A stretch of 64,000 nucleotides of DNA from Chloroflexota bacterium (lineage in GTDB: Bacteria; Chloroflexota; UBA11872; VXNJ01): NCBI GenBank assembly GCA_965263025.1, contig OZ253578.1, positions 879,614 through 943,613 of the forward strand, given 5' to 3'. The position numbers and the translations under genes are program-made. The notes under the pieces are model-generated. The model did not search any database. It saw only the letters and a program-made list of their open reading frames with translations, and was not told where the DNA came from. Numbering within the stretch: the stretch's first letter is position 1; each line of letters begins with the position of its first letter. Positions 29,201 to 38,231 of this stretch are shown here, in pieces.

Positions 29201-29598
29201 AGATCTGCAAACGCCCGCTGCCCGTGGAGATTTACCAGTTGGAAGCCCTCGTCGTCTGCTGCCTTGCGCAAATCCTCATGCAATGACCCTGTTGCGGGTT
29301 GGCTGGTCGCAACAACCACGCGCCATGCAGCGATGCTCGAACTTTGGCGTCTATGGCTTCGAAGACTATCAACCAAATTTCGTTTGACGTTCTGCGCTGT
29401 CGTCGCGGTAAGGAAGAACGGGGCGTCAGGACTCGACGTGTCGATCCCGTCCATACCAAGGTCACGTCCGCCCTCGACTGGCGTTAAATTCGGGTAAAGG
29501 CACCGAAGAAGATCCTGCGCGCAATGCTCAAATGCCGCCGGATCCAAACATCCAGCCAAGCCGTTCAGAATTGACTTGTAGAGCGGGTCCCGTATCAC
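26260..29598 (-). CDS. STAND-like P-loop NTPase (1112 aa) with an N-terminal Mrr-like segment and a long helical C-terminal region; candidate antiviral STAND (Avs-like)
   Basis: aa ~25-70 read FEHCAQDLL...GGRDLGMDGID...FFLTATT (Mrr-cat-like G-x-D-x-G-x-DGID). Walker A is GHPASGKT (nt 29008..29031) and Walker B is VVVLDDAH. About 800 aa of helical-looking sequence follow. GTG start. The gene and its upstream region are AT-richer than the flanks. Confidence 0.65.
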   Translation of the reverse strand: MIRDPLYKSILNGLAGCLDPAAFEHCAQDLLRCLYPNLTPVEGGRDLGMDGIDTSSPDAPFFLTATTAQNVKRNLVDSLRSHRRQSSSIAAWRVVVATSQPATGSLHEDLRKAADDEGFQLVNLHGQRAFADLLYGSPKWTRDLLGLSGAPSALSAVPLSSRLQSDLPLVGRDADVQWLVESSGDVVISGHPASGKTHLLRQFVDRGWLFVVDPDRGRIANDIRELTPEVVVLDDAHGDLDLLRSVRQIRADIHAEFRISAVTWPGDKEGVLQALGVSGDSVLDLQLLSRDEVLEIVKAAGIGGPVDLQRTIVNQSGGRPGLTATLCDLASRGDYGSLFSGASLLNKIRTLIDDEADTILAVAALTDDGGVSLEDIRSILELDMGKVRRILTGLGHTGVIRAGSLTGKATIWPFQLRYAIVGDAFFSSETYRNLPLDPVMERLDERSIVGSLVGAILMGAQIPKNTIEPILCRSGLAKDFAQYSRLGERQAQFALAAHPEGLKEIAPYSLETNPAETLSLSLRQAAEDDQIRDSDDGLLGIVKRWIESAPHYENLQLERRKLLTTAAMRYLADNGDPQTALRALCLAMSPRFDSATSDPGSGLSLTITSGLASRTCLDGLVQLWPAVLDAIPAQGPQNWSSLFEMLHNWAFYAILPESPPERIGEFMRSHASAMAADLADKFSEHPGILIRIRELSHRADLGVAVRIPDLFATLYPIHQSSDDFEKESARRSEAARRLAADLEPRGPDYVLPLILNANCNAAETGRTLPDETLTVTQAIAARAADPYAWAERAVDLGLTWMLVEPLLRESRLKDREGALPLTLRALTLETVQFAAMSVVLTADDPLEEEMEATLDLAPQFRGGLATLVARGQIPKRTVRQLLAHLSPDVAETTAVHLWKPNRSPRVSDDLVEDWRAAMLRAPGVDLFISDIFEHETDLFAEWLISLLRSDALQNAYALEHTLSDAFNNLSADQRIDALSVIETTDACFFAAWIVSELVGDDPSLFQQLLAMDHPGAVHEAGFGSVSEAKIRVACAVGWTPERIARVIMWPGVPIVESGPYSDNLKTKLGYFEGLAESEDSEIAAVGRAGCDISSSLIDQELERERDEEVYGL

Positions 29599-29815
29599 GT
29601 TGGCAGTGGTTGAACCAGTCCGGCGCGAATGGCGTGGAGCCGAATCGCTCGAGTGTTATGAATATAGTTCAAGGGTTTAAATAGGAGTTTAACTCTAGAC
29701 TCTAACGCTCAATAATTCAGGCGTTCAACTGGATAAGTGATAAATCAGTAGGCGCCAACCCGCCCACCGGTCCCTCGGCAGATATACTCGCCTCGGGTAA
29801 TTAGCGGCGTTGTAG

Positions 29816-30733
29816 GTGGAGAGGGTTTCGGAAGTGGTTGTGAGTCAGACGGCGGCGAGGGCGGTAAGTCCCGCGCTTACCGAATCCGACATCGGCGCGT
29901 ACAGACGGGACGGCTGTCTGATCGTCGAAAACGTCTTTGGGGAATCGACGATCGCGCGGCTGCGGCAGGTGGTCGACGAATTCGTCGAAAAATCGCGAAG
30001 CGTCACCGAGCACGACGCCGTATTCGATCTGGAGCCCGGCCACACGGCGGAAAGACCGCTGCTGCGAAGACTCAAAAGCCCGACGCTGAACCATCCGCTG
30101 TTCGAAGAAGTCATGCGTTCGGATTTGCTGGCCGATCTCGTTGAGCCGCTGCTCGGCGACGGCGTTCGCTTTCAGGGTGACAAACTGAATATGAAAACCG
30201 CCGTGGCGGGAAGTCCGGTCGAGTGGCATCAGGACTTCGCCTTTTACCCACACACGACCGACGATCTGCTCGCGGTGGGAATCGCGCTCGACGATTCAAC
30301 CCTGGAAAACGGATGCCTGATGGGAATGTGCGGTTCTCACCTGGGGCCGGTTCTCGATCATCACCAGGACGGAGCATTCATCGGTGCGATCTCGCCGTCA
30401 CGGGAGTCCGTCAACCTGAGCGAGGCCGTACCACTCGAGATCAAGGCCGGCGACGTGACGATCCACCATACAAAGCTGTTGCACGGCTCGGCCTCAAACC
30501 GCTCGTCCGACCCGCGCCGTCTATGGCTGATTCAATACGCGGCCGTTTCCGCGTGGCCTCTCATGGGCGTGCGCGACTTCGACTTCTTCGAATGGTCGCT
30601 GATTCGAGGCGAGCCGACCAGGGAGTTCAAGGTCAAGGACCAAACGGTGCGAGTACCGCTCCCCGGCGCTGTGTACACCGGGGCCACCATATTCGAGCTG
30701 CAAACCAAAGCCAGGGACACCGTATACCGTTAG
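29816..30733 (+). CDS. phytanoyl-CoA dioxygenase (PhyH) family protein
   Basis: YRRDGCLIVENVF, WHQDFAFYP (HxD), HHTKLLHGSASN. Confidence 0.8.
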   Translation: MERVSEVVVSQTAARAVSPALTESDIGAYRRDGCLIVENVFGESTIARLRQVVDEFVEKSRSVTEHDAVFDLEPGHTAERPLLRRLKSPTLNHPLFEEVMRSDLLADLVEPLLGDGVRFQGDKLNMKTAVAGSPVEWHQDFAFYPHTTDDLLAVGIALDDSTLENGCLMGMCGSHLGPVLDHHQDGAFIGAISPSRESVNLSEAVPLEIKAGDVTIHHTKLLHGSASNRSSDPRRLWLIQYAAVSAWPLMGVRDFDFFEWSLIRGEPTREFKVKDQTVRVPLPGAVYTGATIFELQTKARDTVYR

Positions 30734-30847
30734 CCCGCCCCGCGGTGTCTGCGCCACGCGGTATTGATAGAGCAGACCGCACCCTTTTAGCCCGCGTTGA
30801 ACTGACACTACGCCCGGCCGGCAACACTTCCCGACGGGGACCGGCGT

Positions 30848-32599
30848 CTAGGCCGATTCTTTCCGCGAGCGCCGCCTGCCGCGCTCGGCTTCAGTGGCGG
30901 CAGCGTCCACTTCCATCGACTCGGGAACGATAACGACCCCGTAGTCTTCGAGGGCCGTCGCGCGGCTTATCAGTCCGTTGCACACGTCGTCCAGCACCAG
31001 CGCGGGGACGCGTTCCAGCGGATCGCCGTATCCGCCGCCGCCGGGCGTGAACAGCCGCACCACGTCACCCGGCGTCAGCATGATGTTGCTGTCCTTTGTG
31101 AGGTGCGGACTTATGTAGCGTCGGCCCTGCCGGTTGAACTCGATGTGACATTTCTTGCCGTCCGAGCCGCCTTCGATCCCGCGCGGCGCGAATTTCCCGC
31201 GATCGCCAATCGTCGAGGCGGTTCCTTCACCCCTGACGAACTCGGTCTCGATCACCGCTCCGAAGCCTCCCCGCCATTTGCCCGCGCCCGCCGACTCCTC
31301 CCGCAGCGCGAACTCTCGAATCCGCACCGGATAACGCTGCTCGTAAAGCTCAACCGGTTGAGAGCGCGCCACGCTGATAACCGGACTTCCGTAGCTCAAA
31401 CCGTCTCCATCGGCATGTCCGCCATAGCCGCCGCCGTTGAACATGTACATCACGTAGCCGCCGACCTCGCAATCCGTGCCGCCGATCGACAGGTTCGAGA
31501 TCGTCCCGAATATCCCCGCCGAAACCCGTTCGGGAATCGCCTGTCCGAGCGCTCCCATCACAACGTCGCCTACACGCTGAGACACTTCGGACGCGCAACC
31601 CGCCACGGGCCGCGGCAGCCGCGCGTTGAGAAACGTCGAATGGGGTACGTGAAACTGAATCGGCGTGAAACACCCCGAATTAACCGGGATCTCGGGGAAC
31701 ACGTGCTTGAACGCCAGAAAGCAGGCCGACTTGGTCGTGCTTATCACGCTGTTCATAGGCCCCCGGCAGGGTGGTGAGCTACCCGAAAAATCAAGCAACG
31801 CCCCGCTGCCCTCGATCGTCAGCTTCAAAGCGATTTTCAGGGGGCGGTCCTCGATTCCATCGCTATCCATAAAGTCTTCGTACTCATAAACGCCGTCGGG
31901 TATTTCCTCCAGAAACGACCGCATCTGGCGTTCGGACCGCTGTTTCAAACTCTCGATGCAGGCCCAGACCGTTTCGACGCCGTATCTGTCAAGCAGCGTG
32001 GTCAACCGGCGCTCGCCTACCGTGAAGGCCGAGAGATGGGCTTGCAGATCGCCCGATCTTTCCTCCGCCACCCTTATATTCGAGGTAATGATCCGGAAAA
32101 CGTCTTCGTCGAGCGCGCCCCGCTTGAACAGCTTTACCGGCGGAATTCGAAGCCCCTCCTGGTAGACCTCGCTCGAATTGGCGCCGAATCCTCCGGGGAC
32201 GGATCCGCCCATGTCCGGCCAGTGACCGCGATTAGCCAGATAGGCGAATAGCTCGCCGTTGTAATAGAAGGGCTTCACCATCCCAACGTCCATCAGATGG
32301 GTCCCGCCGGAGTAGGGATCGTTGACGAAGAAGATGTCCCCAGGCTCGATTCCCCGTCTGGCAACCTCCGCAATCACATGCTCGGTGGTGAACTGCATCA
32401 CGCCAATGAAAAGCGCCAGGCCCCATTTACCCTGAACGATCACCTCCCCGGTGACGGGGTGGTAAATGCCGTTGGCCAAGTCGTTGCCCTCCGAGATGAC
32501 CGGCGAAAACGCCGTCCGCTTCAACGTCCAGTCCATCTCCTCGGCGATTTCCTCGAGCGCGCCCTTCACCACCGCCAGCGTCAACGGATCGACTGTCAT
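30848..32599 (-). CDS. hyuB: hydantoinase B/oxoprolinase family protein
   Basis: N-terminal DPLTLAVVKGALEEIAEEMDWTLKRTAFSPVISEGNDL and family length. A 4-nt ATGA overlap joins it to the upstream partner. Confidence 0.85.
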   Translation of the reverse strand: MTVDPLTLAVVKGALEEIAEEMDWTLKRTAFSPVISEGNDLANGIYHPVTGEVIVQGKWGLALFIGVMQFTTEHVIAEVARRGIEPGDIFFVNDPYSGGTHLMDVGMVKPFYYNGELFAYLANRGHWPDMGGSVPGGFGANSSEVYQEGLRIPPVKLFKRGALDEDVFRIITSNIRVAEERSGDLQAHLSAFTVGERRLTTLLDRYGVETVWACIESLKQRSERQMRSFLEEIPDGVYEYEDFMDSDGIEDRPLKIALKLTIEGSGALLDFSGSSPPCRGPMNSVISTTKSACFLAFKHVFPEIPVNSGCFTPIQFHVPHSTFLNARLPRPVAGCASEVSQRVGDVVMGALGQAIPERVSAGIFGTISNLSIGGTDCEVGGYVMYMFNGGGYGGHADGDGLSYGSPVISVARSQPVELYEQRYPVRIREFALREESAGAGKWRGGFGAVIETEFVRGEGTASTIGDRGKFAPRGIEGGSDGKKCHIEFNRQGRRYISPHLTKDSNIMLTPGDVVRLFTPGGGGYGDPLERVPALVLDDVCNGLISRATALEDYGVVIVPESMEVDAAATEAERGRRRSRKESA

Positions 32600-34635
32600 G
32601 CGCGCACCCGCACTATGAGAGTTCCGCCCGGTCCCACGACCGCCGACATGCCAGGCTCGACCACTGTCGTCGAGTCAGGTTGTTCGATCACCGCTGGACC
32701 ATCGATCCGAATACCGGCGCCCAGAAGCTCGCGCTCGTAGACCGGACAATCCACGAAACCGTCTTCGAAGTAGACCGGCCTTCGGCCTATGGAGGCTTCG
32801 TCCAGGGTTGTCGATTCGGAGTCAAATCCGCTCCACTCAGCCGAACGCCGCCGCACGCCGATTACCGAGACCCTGGTTGTCACAATTCGCACGGGGCGGC
32901 CGCTTAGCTTGTTACCGTAATGCGCGGAATACTCCCGCTCGAACGCTTCGCGGATGCCGTCTCTATCGCAACGCTGCGCGGGCAGGGGCGCGCGCACCTC
33001 GTGAACCTGTCCCTCGTAGGCCATATCCGCCTGGTACGCAACATCCACGGAAGCTACGTCGACTCCTTCCCGCTCGATAAGCTCACGCCCCTCGACGACT
33101 TGCCGTTCGAGATCACTATAGAAGCCGGCGACGTCGACTTCGTCCAAACGGGCGTTTAGCGATCGGGTGAAGTCATGCCGTATGTCCGCCGTGATGCACC
33201 CCAACGCCGAAGTGATGCCCGGCCAGGGCGGGATTAGAGCCTTGGAGATTTCCAGCTCGCGCAGAACGGCGCATGCGTGCAGCGGGCCCGCCCCGCCGTA
33301 CGCGACCAGCGCAAAGTCACGCGGATCGTGTCCTCGCTCGACCGTCATGAGACGCAAGCTCGCAGCGATTCGGTCGTGAGCGACTTGAAGAATGGCCCAC
33401 GCCGCCGCCATCGTCGAAATGCCCAGCGGCTCGGCTATCGTCTTCCGAATGGCCGTCTCGGCGCCGCGTTTGTCGAAAACCCAGCCGGACTCTCTGCCGA
33501 TCGGCCGCTCCGATCCGATTCTTCCAAGCACGACGTTGGCGTCGGTCACCGTCGGCTTGGTTCCCCCCTTGTCGTAGCAGACCGGACCCGGATCGGCGCC
33601 CGCGCTGTGGGGACCGATTTGAAGAATGCCCGCCCTGTCGATCCACGCGATGCTGCCGCCGCCGGCGCCGACGGATCGAACGTCGAGCATCGTGGTGCGA
33701 ATCGGCAGGCCGTATTCGAGGTCCATGTCCTGCGCGGTTGCAACCCCTCCCCGCGCCGCGACCGCTATGTCGAGGCTGGTTCCGCCGACGTCGCACGCAA
33801 TCAGATTCTCGTCGCCCGTCGATAGTCCCACCTGCCGCGCGGCAATCACGCCGGCGGCGGGGCCCGAGAGGACGGTGTTGACCGAATAACGGCGCGCCAG
33901 ACGCTGCGACATCAAACCGCCGTTGCTCTGGACGATCAGCACGTCCCGCGCGTAGCCGCGCGACCGAAGCCTGTCGGTTAACGACCGGAGATATCGATCG
34001 ACGAGCGGCTGTACGTAACCGCTAAGAACAGCCGTGCTCGTCCTTTCGAACTCACGGATCTCAGGAAGTATCTCGGAGCTCGCGACTACGTAGGGATTCG
34101 GCCAGACTTCCTCAACCAGCTCCTTTACGAGCCTCTCATTGGACGGGTTGGCGTATGAGTGGAGAAAGCTGATGATGATCGCCTCCACGTCATTAGCCAG
34201 CAGTTCCTCGACGGCGCGGAGCACCTCGCCACGATCCGGTCGAGTCAGCACTTCCCCGCGATAGTCGGTCCGCTCCGTCACCTCCAGGCGCCGGTCTCTG
34301 GTTATCAGCGGCTCGAACCGGCCTTTGAGGCCGTACGTGTCGGGCCGGTCCCGCCGCCGCAATTCGATTACGTCGCGGAACCCCCGGGTCATCAGCAGAC
34401 CGCAGCGCGCGCCGGATCGCTCGAGGACCGCGTTGGTGGCTACGGTCGTCCCGTGTACCAGCAGGTCGATGTCCGCCGGGTCCACCGGCAAAGCGTCAAG
34501 ACCGTCAAGCAGACCCTGGGAGTGATCGTCGCGCGTAGACGGGACTTTTGCCACCCGAACGTCGCCGGTCCGATCGTCGTACAAGACGACATCGGTAAAC
34601 GTTCCGCCCACATCCACGCCGACGTGTATCGCCAA
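32596..34635 (-). CDS. hyuA: hydantoinase A/oxoprolinase family protein
   Basis: MAIHVGVDVGGTFTDVVL ASKHA-type start and family length. Translationally coupled to hyuB. Confidence 0.85.
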   Translation of the reverse strand: MAIHVGVDVGGTFTDVVLYDDRTGDVRVAKVPSTRDDHSQGLLDGLDALPVDPADIDLLVHGTTVATNAVLERSGARCGLLMTRGFRDVIELRRRDRPDTYGLKGRFEPLITRDRRLEVTERTDYRGEVLTRPDRGEVLRAVEELLANDVEAIIISFLHSYANPSNERLVKELVEEVWPNPYVVASSEILPEIREFERTSTAVLSGYVQPLVDRYLRSLTDRLRSRGYARDVLIVQSNGGLMSQRLARRYSVNTVLSGPAAGVIAARQVGLSTGDENLIACDVGGTSLDIAVAARGGVATAQDMDLEYGLPIRTTMLDVRSVGAGGGSIAWIDRAGILQIGPHSAGADPGPVCYDKGGTKPTVTDANVVLGRIGSERPIGRESGWVFDKRGAETAIRKTIAEPLGISTMAAAWAILQVAHDRIAASLRLMTVERGHDPRDFALVAYGGAGPLHACAVLRELEISKALIPPWPGITSALGCITADIRHDFTRSLNARLDEVDVAGFYSDLERQVVEGRELIEREGVDVASVDVAYQADMAYEGQVHEVRAPLPAQRCDRDGIREAFEREYSAHYGNKLSGRPVRIVTTRVSVIGVRRRSAEWSGFDSESTTLDEASIGRRPVYFEDGFVDCPVYERELLGAGIRIDGPAVIEQPDSTTVVEPGMSAVVGPGGTLIVRVRA

Positions 34636-34803
34636 TGGTCACCGGTTCCCACTGAATCTGGCAAGAGCCTCCGATCAGGTCGGAGTCCGCCGTATGTTAT
34701 GCCATCGTCAAGCGGGCCGAGCGCCAAAGGGGCGTTCTAAAGGGAATTGACTTGTAAAAGCCTTCCGGCGCGCCGCCAGCCGGCGGTTCGGATTCGCCCG
34801 CGA

Positions 34804-35424
34804 TCAGGTCGCTTTGAAGCTTACGGCTTCGCCGGTCATGGGGACGAACGCCACCGGCCCCAGATTCCGGGTGCGCAGCCCGCTCTTGCGACGCTCGGCC
34901 AGCAGTAGGTCCTGCGTCGAGCCGGCAGCCCCAATGGGCGCGACAAGACGGCCCCCCACGGCGAGCTGCCGGATAAGCGGCTTTGGAATATGGTCCGGCG
35001 CGGCTGTGACGACTATCGCTCTGTAAGGGGAGTGCTCCTCCCATCCCAGATACCCATCGCCGACAAGCAATCGAACGTCCCGATAGCCCGCTCGCGTCAG
35101 GTTTTCGGCGCCCCACTCAGCCAGCGTCGGGCTTATCTCGACGCTGAAAACCCGCGCGCCCAGCTCCGCCAGCACGGCCGCCTGATATCCCGATCCCGTG
35201 CCCACTTCAAGAACCTTGTCTTTGGATTTGATTCGCGCCGCCTCGGTCATGTGAGCTACGACCAGCGGTTGAGAAATCGTTTGGCCTGCACCGATCGGGA
35301 GCGGGCGGTTCTCGTACGCGAGCGCCAGATACTCGGGTCGAACGAACTCATCTCTCGGCACGCGTTGCATCGCCTTGAGCACGGCGCCCGACCTGACGCC
35401 GGCTCGTTTAAGCTCGCGAATCAC
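34804..35424 (-). CDS. pcm: protein-L-isoaspartate O-methyltransferase
   Basis: QTISQPLVVAHM and the LEVGTGSGYQAAVLAEL SAM motif; 206 aa. Confidence 0.9.
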   Translation of the reverse strand: MIRELKRAGVRSGAVLKAMQRVPRDEFVRPEYLALAYENRPLPIGAGQTISQPLVVAHMTEAARIKSKDKVLEVGTGSGYQAAVLAELGARVFSVEISPTLAEWGAENLTRAGYRDVRLLVGDGYLGWEEHSPYRAIVVTAAPDHIPKPLIRQLAVGGRLVAPIGAAGSTQDLLLAERRKSGLRTRNLGPVAFVPMTGEAVSFKAT

Positions 35425-35491
35425 CGTAGCCGTACTCCGTTCGGGCGATTAGACGCCGAGGGCGGTGTATCGGCGCCATTGACCCGACAAA

Positions 35492-35950
35492 CTATCCACC
35501 GGAAGCGGCTCCCCGCGGAAGCCCGGCGTCCTCATGGAGCCGCTTCCCCATGCTGACGACATCATCCACCGAATACCCGATCGCCCTGTAGAACTCGATC
35601 ACACCAGCGTTCGAGCGTCTGACTTGCAGGTTGATCTTAGGACAACGAATCGCTCTCAGGTGTCGCTCGGCTTCTTTCATTAGACGGCGCCCGAAGCCTG
35701 TCTTGCGGCAATCCGCGGCGACCGCGAGATAGTTGATCCAGCCGCGATGCCCCTCGTATCCGGCCATAACGGTAGCGACGAGCCGGGCGCCCAGTGATCC
35801 GACCAGAAACACGTCTCGTTGAACGCGCAACTTGCGGTTGATGTCCTTCACAGGGTCATTCCAGGGTACGACCAGCCCGCATTCTCGCCACAGGTCGACC
35901 ACGGCCTGCTGGTCGGACTCCCTGTAGCGCCGGATCTCCAGGTCAGTCAT
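35492..35950 (-). CDS. GNAT family N-acetyltransferase
   Basis: RGWINYLAVAADCRKTGFGRRLM (acetyl-CoA loop). ATG 35950 has GGAG upstream. Confidence 0.8.
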   Translation of the reverse strand: MTDLEIRRYRESDQQAVVDLWRECGLVVPWNDPVKDINRKLRVQRDVFLVGSLGARLVATVMAGYEGHRGWINYLAVAADCRKTGFGRRLMKEAERHLRAIRCPKINLQVRRSNAGVIEFYRAIGYSVDDVVSMGKRLHEDAGLPRGAASGG

Positions 35951-36065
35951 ACCTGTTCTCCATGCACGGTACGGCTGGCAGACAAACATCTGTCTGACAA
36001 ACTAGATCGATCCAGAGCGCCGGACGTCTTCCGACGGCGCCCATTGGCAGCCGCTCAGTTCTCGC

Positions 36066-36740
36066 CTACGCCGACGCCGGCATACCCTGTTTGAGCTGGC
36101 GAATGCCGAGACTAACGCTCCAAACCACCCAGACGAGGTAGCACGCTCTGGCGATTGTTATCGCCGTCCGGGCCATGCCGGAGTCGCTAATCGCGATAAT
36201 GAAGCCCAGCAGCGAGACGATCGAAACCGCCGCTACGATCAACGCGGCGATCTTGTTGAAATCCTCCCTGGTTGAAAGGGCAACGGCGAATAGGCCAAAC
36301 CCCAGTGCGACAGCAACGCTCGATACCAGGGTAATACCGGATCTCACGGCGAAAACAGCCTGCGCAACGGGGCCGGCAGCGTCCTCGGCGCCGGCCAGGG
36401 TAAACAACAGCCCGCTGGACATGACCCATCCGAGATTGCCGGTCAGAATCAGGGCGAGGGCGCTTCGCGATAGCGCGTCGCCTGAGCCATTGCCCCTGAC
36501 GCCGGATTGCACGACGTAGAGCCCGAATACCGTCATCACCAGACCAAGCGGCGCCACGAGCGCCGTAAGGTTAGTGAGCGCGCCATTCGACGACAGCGCC
36601 GCGACCGACGCCATCCCGTCAGTCGGATCTGCCCTTTCGATGAACAAGACGCCCGGCTGAATCAAGAAGAACACAAACGCCAGCACAGGCCCCACGATCA
36701 ACGACCAGGCTCCCAGCCTGTTCAACGATATCGTCCCCAT
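36066..36740 (-). CDS. hypothetical integral membrane protein
   Basis: 224 aa, hydrophobic throughout with about six TM-like segments by eye. No motif assigned. Confidence 0.55.
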   Translation of the reverse strand: MGTISLNRLGAWSLIVGPVLAFVFFLIQPGVLFIERADPTDGMASVAALSSNGALTNLTALVAPLGLVMTVFGLYVVQSGVRGNGSGDALSRSALALILTGNLGWVMSSGLLFTLAGAEDAAGPVAQAVFAVRSGITLVSSVAVALGFGLFAVALSTREDFNKIAALIVAAVSIVSLLGFIIAISDSGMARTAITIARACYLVWVVWSVSLGIRQLKQGMPASA

Positions 36741-37009
36741 CGTCTCCCCCTTTCTGCTTCACCGCCTAGAGCATCGCCCACAGCCGCAATTTCCGAAAAC
36801 GCTCCACAGGGCTTGGCAATGCGCAGATAATTCCCGATCATCGCGGCCCGTCATCCGCGCGCCGGCACGGACTTCCGCCCCACGTGGAGCACGGGGGCGC
36901 TCGTCGCTGGACTCACGGCCTGGGCAGTTCTCTCGTATGCAATGAATCGGCACATGCGTTTCACCTAAGTCACGTTTGCTATTTTGACTCTCGTAAATGT
37001 AAAGTTTCC

Positions 37010-38113
37010 ATGGACTGGAGGCTGTCTGTCTGCCGATCGGGGGATGCGGATTTGTTGTCGAAGCTGAGACTGCTGCTGTTGGTGCCTTGCGTCGCGCTTT
37101 TCGCGCTCGTGGCATGTGATTCCAACGGCGACGAAGAGGTTATGGCGGCAGGCCAAACGATGACCAACCGTCTCGCGACCGTGCAGGAACGCGGCACGCT
37201 AATCTGCGCAAGCCGGAACGACGTGCCGGGCTACGGCTCGCTGGACGAATCTGGCCGCAACGTAGGTTTTGACATTGATCTCTGCCGCGCGGTGGCGGCG
37301 GCCGTATTGGGTGATTCGGAAGCGATCCAGATCAACTTCATCACGGCGGCGGAACGCGGCCCGACGATCCAGTCCGGCGAGGTCGACCTGCTGGTGCGGA
37401 CCGTTACGTGGACAACCTCCCGCGATTCGCAGTGGGGCAACTACGTGCACACGATGTTCTACGACGGTCAGGGCTTTATGGTCCCCGCCGACCTGGGCAT
37501 CACGTCGGCCTACGAGCTGGGCGGCGCTTCGGTGTGCGTGACCAGCGGCACCACGACCGAGTTGAACATGTCCGACTTCTTCCGTCAGAACAACCTCGAA
37601 TACAACCCCAAGGTGTTCGAAGACACCGACGTTGTGCTTGACTCCTACAAGGAAGGTCAATGCGACGTGTTCACGAACGACCGGTCGCAGTTGGCGGCTC
37701 TCCGCAGCGCCCTGCCGAACCCGGACGACCACGTGATTCTCCCCGAGACGATCTCCGAGGAGCCGCTGACGCCCGTCGTTCCGCACGGCGACGAGCAGTG
37801 GTTCGACATTGTCAAGACCGTAATGTCCGGGCTCATCTACGCAGAGGCTTACGGAATCAACAGCGGCAACGTCGCAAGCATGGCAAGCGGCGACAACGTC
37901 AAGGCCAAGCGCCTGCTCGGAACCGAGGGAAGCTTCGGCCAGGAGACGCTGGGTCTGTCCGAGACATTCATGCAGGACGTGATATCGAGCGTGGGCAACT
38001 ACGGTCAGATATACGACCGCAACCTGGGACCGCAGGGAATCGATCTGCCTCGGGCCGGCCGCAACGACCTTTGGCTCAATGGCGGCCAGATATACGCTCC
38101 GCCGTTGCGCTGA
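37010..38113 (+). CDS. aapJ: general L-amino-acid ABC transporter substrate-binding protein
   Basis: Signal peptide with lipobox LVAC, an SBP_bac_3-type body, and gene order J-Q-M-P. The start was set to ATG 37010. Confidence 0.8.
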   Translation: MDWRLSVCRSGDADLLSKLRLLLLVPCVALFALVACDSNGDEEVMAAGQTMTNRLATVQERGTLICASRNDVPGYGSLDESGRNVGFDIDLCRAVAAAVLGDSEAIQINFITAAERGPTIQSGEVDLLVRTVTWTTSRDSQWGNYVHTMFYDGQGFMVPADLGITSAYELGGASVCVTSGTTTELNMSDFFRQNNLEYNPKVFEDTDVVLDSYKEGQCDVFTNDRSQLAALRSALPNPDDHVILPETISEEPLTPVVPHGDEQWFDIVKTVMSGLIYAEAYGINSGNVASMASGDNVKAKRLLGTEGSFGQETLGLSETFMQDVISSVGNYGQIYDRNLGPQGIDLPRAGRNDLWLNGGQIYAPPLR

Positions 38114-38231
38114 TCGGGCCTACTCAAGCGAAGAGACAGGGGGATGCGCGCGCATCCCCCTGTTTTCATAACCATGACGTTTGGTGTAATCCCGCCCGGT
38201 CCCAGGCTCTCGTGGTCCGTACATCCGACTA

